Assembly: GCA_973895155.1 (NCBI GenBank)
Contig: OZ316898.1
Coordinates: 14,042,330-14,106,329, forward strand
Source of the DNA: Marsupella aquatica
Taxonomy: Eukaryota > Plantae > Marchantiophyta
Reading direction: 5' to 3'
DNA: 64,000 bases
The notes beneath the pieces were generated by a model that worked only from the letters and a program-made list of their open reading frames with translations, did not search any database and was not told where the DNA came from. The first letter of the stretch is position 1. The number at the start of each line of letters is the position of its first letter. Shown here one piece after another: positions 1-13,537 of the stretch. Both the position numbers and the translations under genes were made by a program.

Positions 1-675
1 GTGGAGACTCTAAGCGCACATCTAGCTTGTGTTTGTCTAAGAAACCCCCAAAAGGGAAGAGACGTAGCACTAGCTAGGTTCAATGGAAACAAGAAGAATC
101 GATCCTTTATTCTGAATATCTATAAACAAACTTATGTGCACTCCAAGGAACAAAAATTAATAGTTTTATGTAGTCCTTGTTTTACCTTCGCGCTGATGAA
201 CATAATGCCTGGGGCAGACTATTAGCATGATGCTGAGGTTTCTCTTGTCAATTAATATAATAGCAGGTTACCTATCATGATCTGTATCACACTCTTCATA
301 TATAGGGGATGATTATACAAATTAACCAAGATGCATGGTCTTTTAGCTTTTGTCAATATCATTTAGAAAAACTGTGATGACATCCAAGAATGTGCTTCCA
401 AATATCCAAAGTGCCGCAACCAAGGTGAGAATGGATAATATAAATGTCTAATGTCTGACTACTGACAGCCGCAAAATGTATCTTAACAGTCCAGTCTAAA
501 TTTGTTTTTGTCTGCCCTAACCAGCATTGTATATACCTGTGAGTTTTCTGGAATATACCCACTTTGATGGGAAAGCCCTGCACGTTTTGGTAATGACACA
601 GATTTTGCTACTCGATCGAAGTCTCTTCAGCTGATAGAGGGAATTAACTCCATGCATTCATCATCTTTCTAAGTA

Positions 676-862
676 TGCTTCTCCATCAGGTCAGCCATAA
701 GCTCCACGATGGTTAATTGGCTATTCTCATGATGGTCAGTCAAAGTTAATGCATAGTAATTAGGCGAGAAGTGAGCTTCTCCATCAGGTCAGCCATAAGC
801 TCCAGGATGGTTATGGCTATTGTCATGGTGGTCAGTCAAAGTTACTGCATAGCAATTAGGCG
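676..862. repeat. Local tandem duplication of about 100 bp
   Basis: GCTTCTCCATCAGGTCAGCCATAAGCTCCA...GTCAGTCAAAGTTA occurs twice, near 678 and near 775. Confidence 0.8.
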
Positions 863-1100
863 GGTAAGCGGTTGTTGAGCTGAAAAAAACCTTTCAGTCC
901 TCTTTTTCTCTAGTAAGTTCCCTTCAATACCGATGCTGCAATAGAAGCGTGAATGTATTTTAGGTCTATGTATTGGTGTCCTAGTGGGTGCAGTAAGATG
1001 GGCATCTCAAGATAATCTTCATCATCGGATTCTTGAGGACATCAGAATACAAAATTATCTCCAGGTAGAATAATTCTACAATATCTGGATCATATCATGA

Positions 1101-1707
1101 CACAAGGCAGAATGGAGACACTCCCATGTTGGTAAAACTCCCACTAGCTAGGGAACCTTTTCCATAGCATGCTAACACTAAATTAGTAGGGAAAAGCTGC
1201 AAAGTGTGTAAAGTGAACACTGTCCCAAATTATATGATACGGAATATTCCCCACTTTAAATGTAGGAACTTAACAAGTAGGAAAAACTTCAAGGAGAAAT
1301 CACTAATTATGAAGATAAGTATAATTGTTTTTACTAAGACTCAGGCTTTGATTTTATTTGTGTGCATTTTTATTTTGTAGATAGAGTGCATGCATCCATG
1401 CCATGCATCACTAGCCATTTTGAACTCATTGACACTGTTTGGAATCCCCAAATTGATGCTCTGGTCAACGATTATGGGCTTTTTTTTGTAAAAAAGTTTG
1501 CAAACCCCATGAACACAAGAGATATATGACAAACCTCAAGCAAACCCCACTTATTACAATTAAGGGGAACACACAAGGCCTCTAGGGTTGTTTTTTTGGT
1601 TGTAAATAGGGCTTCGGAACACCAACAATAAACTAGGTAAAAGCCCTGGCACATAAGGTAGAATAAATTTGATTTCCTACCCAGGGACATGACAATTTTG
1701 CCGTGTG
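1101..1707. mobile_element. Non-autonomous CACTA-like (CACAA-terminus) element, about 600 bp
   Basis: Starts CACAAGGCAGAAT and ends ATTTTGCCGTGTG (imperfect TIR); 3-bp TSD TGA at 1098-1100 and 1708-1710; related copies at 52336-53202, 55618-56520 and about 59790-60081. Confidence 0.8.
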
Positions 1708-4438
1708 TGACACTAATGACTTCCATTGCAGAAGTTTCATCAACTCAACTTTGCTTGAACTCATACATTAGATTTAGGAATCCTACCTGTGTAGTATATA
1801 TAAGTATTATTGCCTGCATATCGAACAGCTGAAGAAGATAGTCTTTAAGAGCCCTTGCAATGAACCTTCTTCACAAAAAGGTTTTAAGAATTCTGGAATG
1901 TATGAATGGAAAAGCAAATGTGCATGATTGCGACATGTGGGTATGCTCAATCATATGTTTCTAAGCATTTGTGCAAATCTTACTAAGTTGGTGACTTTAG
2001 ATGTTTTCTATTTTAATAATGATCCATAATTAATTAAAGTGGAGATCTAACATTGTGCACAATTGGACATTGCCCTTGCAATTAAATTTTGCTTGAAGTT
2101 AGACATTATATCCAAACCCTTGTCCAAACCCTTCCACATGATGTATGACCATGTAGTGACCCCAGAAATGATCACCACTTAATATATGACTCTTTTATTA
2201 TAATCTGACCTAGCTACACCTGAAGGGCACAGATTCTTGCTATTAAATTGCAAGACTCTAGCTTGCCATGGGGCCTGCCAGTCAGATAGATCTTTCCAGG
2301 ATGGTCAGCCCAGTTTAGCCACTCCTACGGTTTTGAAGGTCTGCTGTCATATTATAGATAATCTAGACTAGATCATGAATTGTCTGTTGTTTTTGGAGAC
2401 ATGTGCAGCCTGGGGTATGTAGAAGGTTGCCCCTTGAGGCTGGTGTGACCATCGTTCTAACAAAGATGCTGCACGAGATACTCCACGAACCGTCACTCTC
2501 AATGCAGTTGGAAACAAGCTCCAAACCAAGCTGCCTCTTAATATGAGGTATGGATTCCACCTGATGTACTCTCTTTCTTTTGGAAGCCCCAAAGTCCCTT
2601 GGGGGTTCTTGGACCTGCGTATATGGTGGTACTATGGGTGCAGAGTTCTTTGTCCACCACTTTGCTTCTGTAGCATTCTCACAAGTTATGCTTGTGATAA
2701 TTCCATCAACTAAAGCAGATAGAGCAAACCATTCTTAGAAGAGTATCCAATATTCTTACAATTATAGTGTCCAAAACCCCTTCATGGGTGATTCATGCTA
2801 TTATCGGGCAGCCATATATCCTCCACTGACTCAGATATTGAATGACATGATTTTTAGAAGCATACTCCAGGTAAAATATTTACCTGGAGCAACTCTCCGG
2901 TTTATTCCTGTACTAAGGCAAAAGTTAAGATCATCAATCGATTTTCAAAGAATTTTTCTGCTCTGTCATGTGCCTTTGCCACAACGAAGGGTTTGTTATT
3001 TGTTCAGTCTCATTATGTTTCCAATTTACAAAAGAATCCTCAAAATTGATATGACTGCTAGAAAAGGGAAATAGTTCACTGCATATTACACTTAGGTTGT
3101 CTATCAAATTTCCCCATGAAACCTCTCACAACAAACAAATTAAGTGGTTCAGGAAAAAATTGAGAATTGGCTTACCTTGTGGCTCTCTACAGAAGAAGCT
3201 TCTGCCATTGGGTAGACAATGCTCTTAGTCTCTCAATATAATTCTATTATGCTGAAAAATCACTTAGAAACACTATTTTGGGACCAAACAAGAAATATTT
3301 CCTCAAATGAGAAGTGTGTTTCATTTTCCGCCGACTCTTGCAAATTGATGACTATTTTTCATGGAAACCAGTTTTTGCTCAAAAAATCAATTTGGTATTG
3401 GAGTTCGGATTAAATCAACATATGTTGGAATATTCAGAACCAGTGAAATTCATGATTTGAGACATTAAATTCATTGTGGAAAAATAAGATCCAAAATTTG
3501 TTAACCAAAAACTTGGATTTATGCTCTCCCGAGATCCACAAAATTGTCTGACCTAAAAAACTAGTACCATTTTTTACCTAACTTAACTTTGACACTAGTA
3601 TGGGACTCCTCATTCCACCTGCAAAATTTCATTCAATACTCCAATCCTTCCAGGTTTTAGTTATTTACCATAAATATTTTTACATCATGGTCCTGATCGA
3701 CATGGTAGATAAAAAGTTACTTCAAAGTTTGACAATTAAACTTACCTTGCAGTTACCTCCATAATAGACCATAGTCGCCGCACACATCACAATCAACACA
3801 TGCACCATTGTGGCAACAACAACATGCAGTACAATAAAATTATCATGAAACACTTCCAAATCACACAATCCACTACCCGAAAAACTCCAGACGGCAAAAA
3901 ACATCTATAGATTTATTTTACAAATTAAAACACTTTGAAAAATCCGCAGTTCAAAACTTATTTTGGCAGTACCAACACCCTCCCAAAACTCTACTCGCAA
4001 CAATGACACCAAAGATGTGTCCCTTTAATTTATACTCTCTAGCTGAGGGTAGACCCATGATGTGGCCACTTTTGATTGGACACCTTGCTAAACAATAAAA
4101 TGACACAACAAGACATATTTTCTTGAATGTCTAATATCCAGCTTTGATGCTTAGATGTATGTCTCCAGGAAAAGTTGCGATTTTGAAATTTGAGCGATAA
4201 AATTTTAGATGTTGGTACCCAGGTATGCAAATCCCCTTTTTATAAGGCAAGTTTATAATTCCTTAAATGACTTTACATCCAATATATTGACCATGTGAAG
4301 TTTCATTTTAGTCTACTAATAAAAATCTTGTACCTCTCAACTCGGGTAATCCAAACACATAACTATTAAAATAAATTGAACATGTTGTGGTATGTAAACT
4401 ACCAAATGATATGGCTTTTTTTAATACAAGGGTCTATA

Positions 4439-4495
4439 TGTTAGATATTGCTCTAGTCTTGTGACTCATGAGCTAACCACAGTTAGGCTAACTCA
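4439..4495 (+). repeat. Copia 5' LTR, left fragment
   Basis: First 29 bp match 3' LTR 47165-47193 with one mismatch; preceded by TSD CTATA. Confidence 0.9.
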
Positions 4496-4825
4496 CACAA
4501 GGAAGATCTGCAAGGTTAGGAGTTTGAAAGAGGGGAATATAGGGGGTAAGTAGGGAAATTAACCCCAACGTACCTCATGCTCCCCGCCCCCTTACTATTG
4601 GGGGTAATTTCCAGAAGATGAGTTGGGAATTCATTCCCCTCTTATCAAAGCGATTCATGGTAAGGTATTTGTCCCATATTTAGTAGGGAACCAAATCTCC
4701 TTGTAGTGGACGGGCTGCTATGCTTGTAAATTACCTATGTCCCTAGGGTAATCATTCGGTGTGTCTTGCAAGTGCATAACCTAAACCCTAAACACACACA
4801 AAAGAACACAAGAAAGAATACCAAA

Positions 4826-4918
4826 GAAACAGTGGACATGAGAAACAGTGGACATGAGAAACAGACATGAGAAACAGTGGACATGAGAAATAGTGGACAT
4901 GAGAAACAGTGGACATGA
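4826..4918. repeat. Minisatellite of about 16-bp units (GAAACAGTGGACATGA), 5-6 copies
   Basis: Direct tandem copies visible near the left end of the giant element. Confidence 0.85.
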
Positions 4919-5150
4919 TTCAAAGATGAAGTGTTCAATTCATAATGCTCCCGCAGGAGGCTCGAACAGGTACATATGTGGCAAGGAAAGACCCACTCAG
5001 GCTCTGTCCTCCTAGTCTCATCGTTGCCCCGCTGCACTAAAATCACAACGGGAGGAAATGAGAGTGGCACTGACAAGTAAACAAACAGTAAGAGTGTCAC
5101 TGCCTAACTGACTCAAGCACCGAAGAGAACCTTAGCTAAAACTCATCTAG

Positions 5151-7032
5151 CTACTCTGATGCATTGAACCTCTGCTGCCGATTCTCTCCCAGTATGAACT
5201 CCAGATTTTGTTCCATGTTATCTTTTTTCCCGGTTGCACAGCCATACATGATGTCCCTGATCATCACTCGTTTTTTGTTCTGCACAAAACATGCAACATG
5301 CGTACAATTAGAGACCACATATATGGAATTTGTAATTCATCATTACTAGTGAGTGCGTGCAGGAATTGTTAGGCAAAGCACGCAAACTGAAATACCCCAA
5401 TAATACCCCATACACAGAGTGACTTTATTCACCTTGCAGTCCACGCAAGCACTTCTAATCTTACCTGCAGCTCCAAAATCTTCAACTCAATCGAATCTTC
5501 GACGATAAACCTGATGACTTTCACCGGCCTTGTTTGCCCTATACGATGTGACCGATCGACGGCCTGGTCCTCTACCGTGGGATTCCACCACCCGTCTACC
5601 ATAAGAACATGTGTAGCCTCAGTGATGTTGAGTCCTGTGTTCGTTGCCATCAAGGACAAGAGGATAATGCTGATCTGCATGAAATGAGTAGAAACAGTTT
5701 AATTAGAATATGAAAAGTTTACCCTTTGAACAAATACAGACACCGATCTGCACGGATAATGACGGTCGTACCTCTGGGGTCGTCTTGAAATCATTCAAGG
5801 CTTGTTCTCTGACATTGGAATTCATTCCTCCATCAATCCTTGTGAACTTTAGACCAGCCTTCAGAATGTGTGGCTCAAGCATGTCGAGACACGAAGTCCA
5901 TTGTGAGAAAACAAGAGCCTTCGCCTGGGCACAAAGCTTTCGCTGCTGCCCTGTCCTGTAGTGTCCAGCGGAATCGACTTCAGGTATTCCAAGACTGCAT
6001 CAAATTTTGGAGAAGGTGGGTGTCAGACATCATATTCTCTTCGCGCCTTCCCTTTTGACTCCGCACCACCATTCACTAGCCTCAAATCAGCTGGCCTGTA
6101 TAGGACCTGGGCTGTCACGTATTTTGAACATTTTGCCGATTTGCAGGTTCCAGCTTCCCGGTCTATTGCACAAATGCCACAGTATACATGGCCACAGCCA
6201 GAAATCTGAAATGGACTTCCAATCAAGCCCCCCTGCACAATCCAACCGTTAAAGTGAGTGCGTGCAAAAATTGTTAGGCAAAGCACGTTAATTGAAATAC
6301 CTCAATCATACCCCAATAATACCCCAATCATACCCCATACACAGAGTGACTGTACTCACCTTACAGTCCATGCAAGCACTTCCAATCTTCAATTGCTGAA
6401 ACTCTGACACGAGTCAGGCTCGTTGAGGCTCACTAAGGGGCGTTCTTTGCACTTTGTTCCTGATCTCCTCTTCGCGAATTTTACATAAGGAAGGAAGTTT
6501 CGGGTGCACTGCAAATTGTCGCAACCGGAGCAGAACGCTCAACACATTCGATAAGGCACCTCTTTTGGTGTCACGGAATTCCTACAACATTACAGGCACA
6601 TTAATTGCCACCGAACAGACACCTTCAAGGGATCAAATTGAACTCTCATACGTCTTCAACATTGGGGATTATTAAGAGCCTTACGTACCTTGTATAACTC
6701 CTTACTCTTTTCCTCCTGATCAAAATAAGCATTTCGTTCTTGCTGTGTTCTCCATTCAACAATTTGCACCTCGATCGTCTTAGGGGGCAGTGGGAGTATG
6801 CCTGCATGTAAGCACAGTGGCAGGGTAAATGCACAATTGATAAAGAAATCAGGCTTGGGATTAAACAAAGTGAACTCTACCATGATATATGCATGCACGC
6901 TTACTTTTGTCTCTCCTGAGCGCAATCGCAACCAAGTGTTTCGAGAGGATGCCATTCGCTATCTTTGGCCTTGTCTTCAGCAGCTTCTTTAACTGCGAGA
7001 ATTCCTTCCACTCTCCTAGAGGATAATACCTC
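5151..7032 (-). pseudogene. RAD5/RAD16-like SNF2 helicase with RING finger, 3' half (cargo of the CACTA element)
   Basis: Spliced exons read [103 protein letters not shown]; in-frame stops and a frameshift near 5940; final stop at 5151-5153. Confidence 0.9.
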
Positions 7033-7617
7033 ATCACTATATTCATTAAAAGTGGAATTATAAAGAAGATTTGGAAATTTGGGCATTTAAAAACACACTT
7101 TTAGGCATAAGAATTGTAAATTTGAAGGATGAAAAATGAAAATTTAAGCATCATGAATTATAAATTTGGGGCAAAAAAATAGACATTTGGGCAAAGAAAA
7201 TATTAATTTGGATAATATTAAAAAACATTTGGGTGATAAAAAGTGTTCATTTGGTTGAAAATAGATAGAACGTGTGTAATAACACATAAGCTTGGATAGC
7301 ATCTATACTCAAAACATCTAGCTTGGATAGGATCATTATCTAAGCAACAATGAAATGCTAGACAAGTTAAATATCTTATATTCAAACTAGGATGACATCC
7401 AAGTAACTTAGAATTGCCATCATTTTCTAGAAATATATGTACTAAGACAAAAATAACAATAATTATCAAAAAGTCCATTCAATAACTAAGAAAGATCATA
7501 GAGTATTTGATTGCAAGCCTTGTTCTCTCACTTACTTTAGACAAATGCATGGAAATTAACTTGACCCTCCTACCTACAAGTCATTACATAGTGGACACTT
7601 GTGACCACTCTATCACT

Positions 7618-10600
7618 CTACTCATCAATACCTTCCATGTAAGTTTTGAGAGTTTTCAAAACATTCTTGGGAATTGTCAAACCTCTATCCATAATATTTT
7701 GTTCTTTGGCACCTGACTTAAACCCATACATTGCAGAATTTGCAAACTGCCAACTTTGAGTGATAGTGTGAAACCCAGGATCTAGCTCCCAAGTCTTAGT
7801 GGTCTGAAAGCAACGTTCGTATCGAACATCATCCTTTGCATCATGCTTACCATGTTTAGGCCTCCACCATTGCACTTGGAACATAGGAGCATACCGCTTA
7901 GGAATGCTACTTAGGTGAATGCTCTTAGAAAACCTTGAAGAAGACCCTTCACTAAATTGCAAATCTAGTGAAGAAACCTCATGGTTTGGATCCACACCAC
8001 CCAAAGCTCGAACTAACCAGAAACGTCCTTTGCCATTTTTTTGCTCCCATTCATCCTCTGGACGTAAAAACACAAAGTGACCCTCTTGAATATCTTGTAG
8101 GGGAATCCAACGTGCAAGTTCTCGCTCTTCTCGTGCACCAACGAAGGGTGTAGCTTGACCTTCCATCTCTTCCATGTACTCATTTTGAAGGTCCATCATC
8201 TCTGAATTTTGAGTAGGTTCACTTGAAGGTTGAGAGGTCCCCAAAATCACCTTGTAACCTGTGCCATGGTTAGTCTTTGGCCAGAAATCAGTTGTCAATG
8301 ACAATTGTCTTTCTCCCTCCCCTTCTATTGTAAGTGCCTCAGAGAGTGCCATAACAAGCCTCTCCCAATATTTCACCAAAGGAAATCTCTCGCGGTATGC
8401 TGCAGAGGTCTCATCCTTGCAACTTTTCCTCAAGAAATCAATGTAACGATTAAGGAATGAGATGATTTCCTCGGCTTTCTTTTGTACCTCCCCCGATATA
8501 GGTTTTGCAAATGGTTGGCCCTCCGGTAAAATGAGCGTGTTTGTGATGAGTTCAGTTCTCCAAATTGACCTCCCTGTTGCTGGAAGCCAAGGTTGTTTGA
8601 CATGTGCTTTATATTGATACACTGGCACATTATCCCTCATGGAGAATAGAAATGCCACTGGTTTTGAGTGACCTTCAATCTCTTTCACTTGGAAAGCCTT
8701 CAAATAGTGCTTGTAAGATGCAACCTCCTGAATCAATCGTGGTACGGGATGGATGCTTTCACACTCCCAAACCTCAGCCATCAACGCAAGGAGGGTAGCA
8801 ACCTCTTTGTACCTGACCTGTTTGGATACTTGAGAAAATAGTGCATCCACATCGTCATGGGTGTGGCCAACCATGAGGAATGACATTTGCACAATTTCAA
8901 ACACCCCCTGCTAACAAGCTCGCTGCAAAATGCCATCACATATTGATTTTTATTATCTTTTCCTGAATTGTCCATCTGCAGTGTTAGGTGCCTTGGTAAG
9001 GGCTTGAAAGAGCTCGTAGTCTCAGGATCAACTCTAGAACCAGCATCTGTTGTGCTGGTTTTTTGGCTCTCCTGACCATCATCAAGGCCTTGAAACTTGA
9101 GAATTGAAACATTTTTGGGTTCCAAGTAACCCGCTTGAAATGCTTCAAAGTCCAAAAGAGACTGAAATATTGGCCTAGTTGCGTTCCAATTGAAAGCTTC
9201 AAGCATGTCTCCCGTTTTGTCTCCAGTGTAATCCTCCAAATCTCGAAGGCATTTGGCCAAAGATGTCACAGTGAAGTCTGCATCTCCAGGCCAAAGGCCA
9301 GTCAAACTAAAGTGTGCATACACTCCTGGATCCCTTCCATGGGTTAACATCCCCATAAGGGCAATGGGCAGAGGTTGACCACTACCAGAGAGAGATTTTG
9401 GAGTGGGGACCAATCTGGGGATCCAAGTCTTGGCTTGGTCCATCTTATCATGAATAATGCAAAGATAGTTTTGAGGATCCTTCTTTGCAAGAACCCTATG
9501 AGCATAGTAAACATATCTCCTTGTCATTTGTTCACGAAGATGTCGTGCTCTTTTCTCTTCAATCTCTGCACGCTCTTTTTTTCTCTTCTCCCGCATCAAT
9601 TGATCTTTGAACTCAGTGCAAAATGTGCACTTGGCAAATGCACTGCCCTTGTGAAAGTCAAAATTATCAAAAGAATTTTTCCAGATGTTGTACATGGTAA
9701 CTTCAGTAACCTTAGCATAGCCGTCCAATTCCATCTTTGCAAATACCTCTTGAAAAATCTACTTCTTAGTGAAACATGATGGGAGTCGATATTCGACAGT
9801 ATCGGTGCCGTTGGACCCACCATAGGGAAGATGTGGCATTGGTTCTCCATTTTGGATTAAAATGGACTCCAACAATGCACGAGCATGCAAGGTGCTTGAT
9901 CGTGTCTTATGTTGCCCTTGATTTCCATGGAAACCAATTGTGCACCCAGCTTTGTACTGATTTTTGTAATCATAATACTTTGCCGTACTAAACCCATACA
10001 TTTTTATGAACGCATCCTTACAAACCACACGTCCCTTTAGAACAAAAAATCCTTTTCTCTTGACTTGGTCTTCTCTACACCCAAAAAGATTGAAGATATG
10101 ACTTGTTTTGTTGTCACTTGACATTCCATGGAATTCCCTCCTCATTGCCTCCAAGTCCTCTCTTGGCATGTTCAAGCAACACTTTAACCTGCAACAACCT
10201 TCTCTTTGGATGGAATCAATGGACTCCTCAGTGATTTTCAAAAGCGCCCTTGATTGCAAATGTTTTTTTTTCTCCTCCAGATCCACTTTGGTCCTTCTAA
10301 TGAAATTATAAGGTCTTTTTGGAGGTTTCCCATCACCATCCAAATCCGGGTCACTCTCATTTCGACCCGATTCTATCCACACATGTGAACCTTTCTCAAG
10401 GATATCCCCGAGAAACATTTGAGATGAAATCAACAACAAAGATTTGATTTCCCACCTCACCAAACCTGGAGTACCAGCACGGATATTTGGAAATAATGCG
10501 GGATCGTTGATATTCACAACAACTACACCCACATGCTCTGGACCAAGAAGTTCATCATCAACAGCACCTGCTTCAAAAGGAACTGTGATAACCCCTGTCG

Positions 10601-11351
10601 CAACCTTAAGACAACGAGAAACATCATACAAGTCAACTTCCTCTGCCATCCAGTTGGAACGCATTGTTAAATCTTTCAATGGAAGATCCTTAAACAGGTT
10701 TGCACCCGGGTTTGCACCAACAAACATGCCAGAACCTCAAATAGAGCCTTTTCTTGAAACATCAGCAACATCCCACATTACCCAAGTCTGCATTGCTTCT
10801 TGCACTGTGTCAGCTCCAGGATGCGGATACGGTAATTTTCTATTTCCCTAAACAACCTCTGATATTTGTATACTGACATGGCCAACACCGAGTCGTTCAC
10901 TATGACAAGTGTCCATTGGATTGGTATTGAAGACAACTCCTTTTGATACAAGTTCATCTAAAATGAACATCTCAACCTCCTCTCCTTCAGCAAGGTTGCC
11001 TCCTTTACCACCAACATCCATTTCGGAACATCCTTCATCCCCATCCACTGGAGTAGGAACACCATCCACAGCGGTTCTTTTCGGCAATGTTGAAGACCTC
11101 AAATATGCCAAGGAAGAATCCCAGATCACACACGAGTCAACTGCATCACCTAGGCTCGATGATGTTTTGGATGGAAATGGTAGTGGACAAGATGTTTCAA
11201 GACACCTCTCGATAAGGACCCCAATTCGATTTTTCCCAAGACAAATATTGTGTATAGTGTCTTTGGGATCAACCTTTTGGATGGTCCCAATTGCCACTTC
11301 AAAACCATCAATTATCAATGAAACTTCATCCCCTCGCATAAATTTACTCAT
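7618..11351 (-). pseudogene. Sola-like (DUF7869-type) DDD transposase, about 1240 aa, with three N-terminal Tnp1/En/Spm-like small domains
   Basis: ORFs 10848-11351, 9759-10727 and 8781-9734 share one frame, separated by single TAG stops; a 1-bp frameshift near 8905 joins 7618-8904; motifs FAKCTFC, IIHDKMDQAKT, LQMDNSGKDNKN, FLMVGHTHDDVDALFS. Confidence 0.85.
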
Positions 11352-11527
11352 GGTAGCGAAAGGATATCTGCATCCAAAAACATTTAAAAATTGTTCAGCT
11401 GATGTGCATACTGATAAGCACTACTCTAGATATTATAATTTTAGATCTAAACATTTGAATTCTATTTAAAGGAAAAAAATATTTGGGAGTTTATGTGTAT
11501 TGGCTTTACACAACAGGATTCTAAGGT

Positions 11528-11935
11528 CAGGGACGCTCTTGGAGCGAGGCAAGGTTGCGACGCTCTAGGGGCGAGGCGATTGAGGGACGCTCTAGGGGCG
11601 AGGCGATGGAGGGTCGCTCTAGGGGCGAGGCGATGGAGGGTCACTCTAGAGGCGAGGCGATGGAGGGACGCTCTAGGGGCGAGGTGAATGAGGGTCGCTC
11701 TAGGGGCGAGGCAATGGAGAGACGCTCTAGGGGCAAGGTGAATGAGGGTCGCTCTAGGGGCTAGGCGATGGAGGGTTGCTCTAGGGGCGAGGCGGTTGAG
11801 GGACGCTCTGATGTTGAGGCAATGGAGAGCGGATGCCCTTGGAGAAAAGAAAGGGCAGGATGCTCCTGATGAAAGGTAAGTGTATGACGCTCTTGGAGCG
11901 AGGCAAGGGCATGACGCTCTTGGAGCGAGGCAAGG
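11528..11935. repeat. 27-bp tandem array (GGGCGAGGCGATGGAGGGTCGCTCTAG-like), about 12-15 decaying copies, upstream of the Sola transposase
   Basis: Repeating CGCTCTAGGGGCGAGG units; the ORF-track peptide LAPRA repeats with period 9 aa. Confidence 0.9.
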
Positions 11936-12073
11936 GGAGAGCAAGAAAAGACGAGCACAATCCTGGAGAAGCAAGAATTGTGAAGGAAACGAGAAAATAT
12001 GGAAATGAATAAATCAGGGGAATGATTAAGCTGAATTAGACCATTGAAGTGTGTAGACGTGTGGGTAGACGAG

Positions 12074-12489
12074 TGTGTTGTTAGGAACCCTACATTATCT
12101 AGGGCTTAGTTAGGTCCATATATTAAGATAAAGCTAGGGCCAAATATTTGGTGGATATCATAGAGAAGAAATTAAGAGAATGGTAGATGAAGTAATACCT
12201 CTCTTAAGGACTATAGAAGACATGTCGCCAACCAAGGACACCAAAACTAATGCAATGTACTTGAAACAGGACTTTCCTTGCACGAACTCTTGTAACCATA
12301 AATGTCCAAGTCAGTCGAATCAGTCACCGAACATAAGCAAGATAGACAAGGGCCGAAGGGCGAGACCGAGAGTGAGCAATGACCAGAAACGCACGCGCTA
12401 TACAAAAGAGAGAAATGTTTGGAACTGTAGAGCTTTATACCATTTGTGAGCAAGCTTTAGCCAAGTTTGTCCTAAAGGGGTTCACAACA
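12074..12489. mobile_element. Possible solo LTR inside the Sola-like element
   Basis: TGT(GTTG)TTAGG...CACAACA ends resemble LTR termini; flanks ACGAG/TCGAG match at only 4 of 5 positions. Confidence 0.35.
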
Positions 12490-13244
12490 TCGAGAGGCCG
12501 AAAGTCTGATTACTCTGATTGGCATTTTGTGGACACCCGTACGACCGTGCATCATTTTTCAAAATCTATGGATACCCGTACAGCTAGGTCATTATGAGGG
12601 TTGCGAGTTCACAGGCGCGTGGAAGGGAGCAAGTGGCTGGGTTGCGTAAGGTCGCGTACGATCGGCCGTGGCTGGGGTCGCAGGTAGGATCGGTCGTGGC
12701 AGTGAGGGTATAGGAAGGCAAAAGGCAAAGACATTACCTCATTTGCCTCATTGTCTTCTTGCATCCATCTCCTCCTTCATTGTCTTCTTGCCCGGCTGCC
12801 CTGGTTTCCCTCCTCCCTCTTGCCTCGCTCATAGTAGATTTTCTTGCCTCGCTCTGTTGATTTTGCCTTGCTCATAGTAGATTTTTTTCCTTGCTCTGTA
12901 GCCTCGCTCCGTGGTGTGGTCTAGCTATAGGCGTTCTTGTATACTAGGCTGCCACGTGTCATCTAAACGTTTGTGAGGCATTTTTCAATGGCCACTTCCT
13001 CTAGTTCTGATGATTCTACTAGCACTTCTAGTTCTGGGCAGTCCCTGAACTTTGATTCTAGTAAAATCTTTGAGTATGATTCTCAAGACACTTTACTAAA
13101 GATGTCGGTGGAATCCGCTTTGGCCGCCTCAAAGGGATTTCATATCACAGTTCCACGTAAGTATGATTCAACAATTGATGCAAGTTAGTCTTTGAAGGGT
13201 CGCTCTTAGAGCGACCCTATCTTGCCTAAGATTTGTCGTTATTA

Positions 13245-13537
13245 TTGGTTGGACGTTGATTTAAGTTTTCCTAGGGTCGCTCCAGGAGCGACCCAACTTT
13301 GTTGTTGGTTGGATGTTGATTTAAGTTTTCCTAGGGTTGCTCCAGGAGCGACCCAACTTTGTTGTTGGTTGGACCTTGATTTAAGTTTTCCTAGGGTCGC
13401 TCCAGGAGCGACCCAACTTTGTTGTCGGTTGGACCTTGATTTAAGTTTTCCTAGGGTCGCTCCAGGAGCGACCCAACTTTGTTGTCGGTTGGACCTTGAT
13501 TTAAGTTTTCCTAGGGTCGCTCCAGGAGCGACCCAAC
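13245..13537. repeat. 60-bp tandem array, 5 copies, in intron 1 of the cargo gene; each unit contains the palindrome GGGTCGCTC-CAG-GAGCGACCC
   Basis: Near-identical units in register on successive 60-nt lines. Confidence 0.95.

Noticed and set aside
1-4000. Possible minus-strand host gene (donor-like sites near 3175 and 3745, open frame about 2363-2710)
   Set aside because: Could not assemble a phase-consistent model or recognise a domain
11462-11974. Repetitive ORFs (LAPRA repeats; also 13222-13716 and 39065-39761)
   Set aside because: By-products of tandem DNA repeats with no independent coding signal
13245-13537. CRISPR-like array of palindromic repeats
   Set aside because: The intervening sequences are near-identical, so it is a 60-bp tandem repeat; eukaryotic intron context and no cas genes
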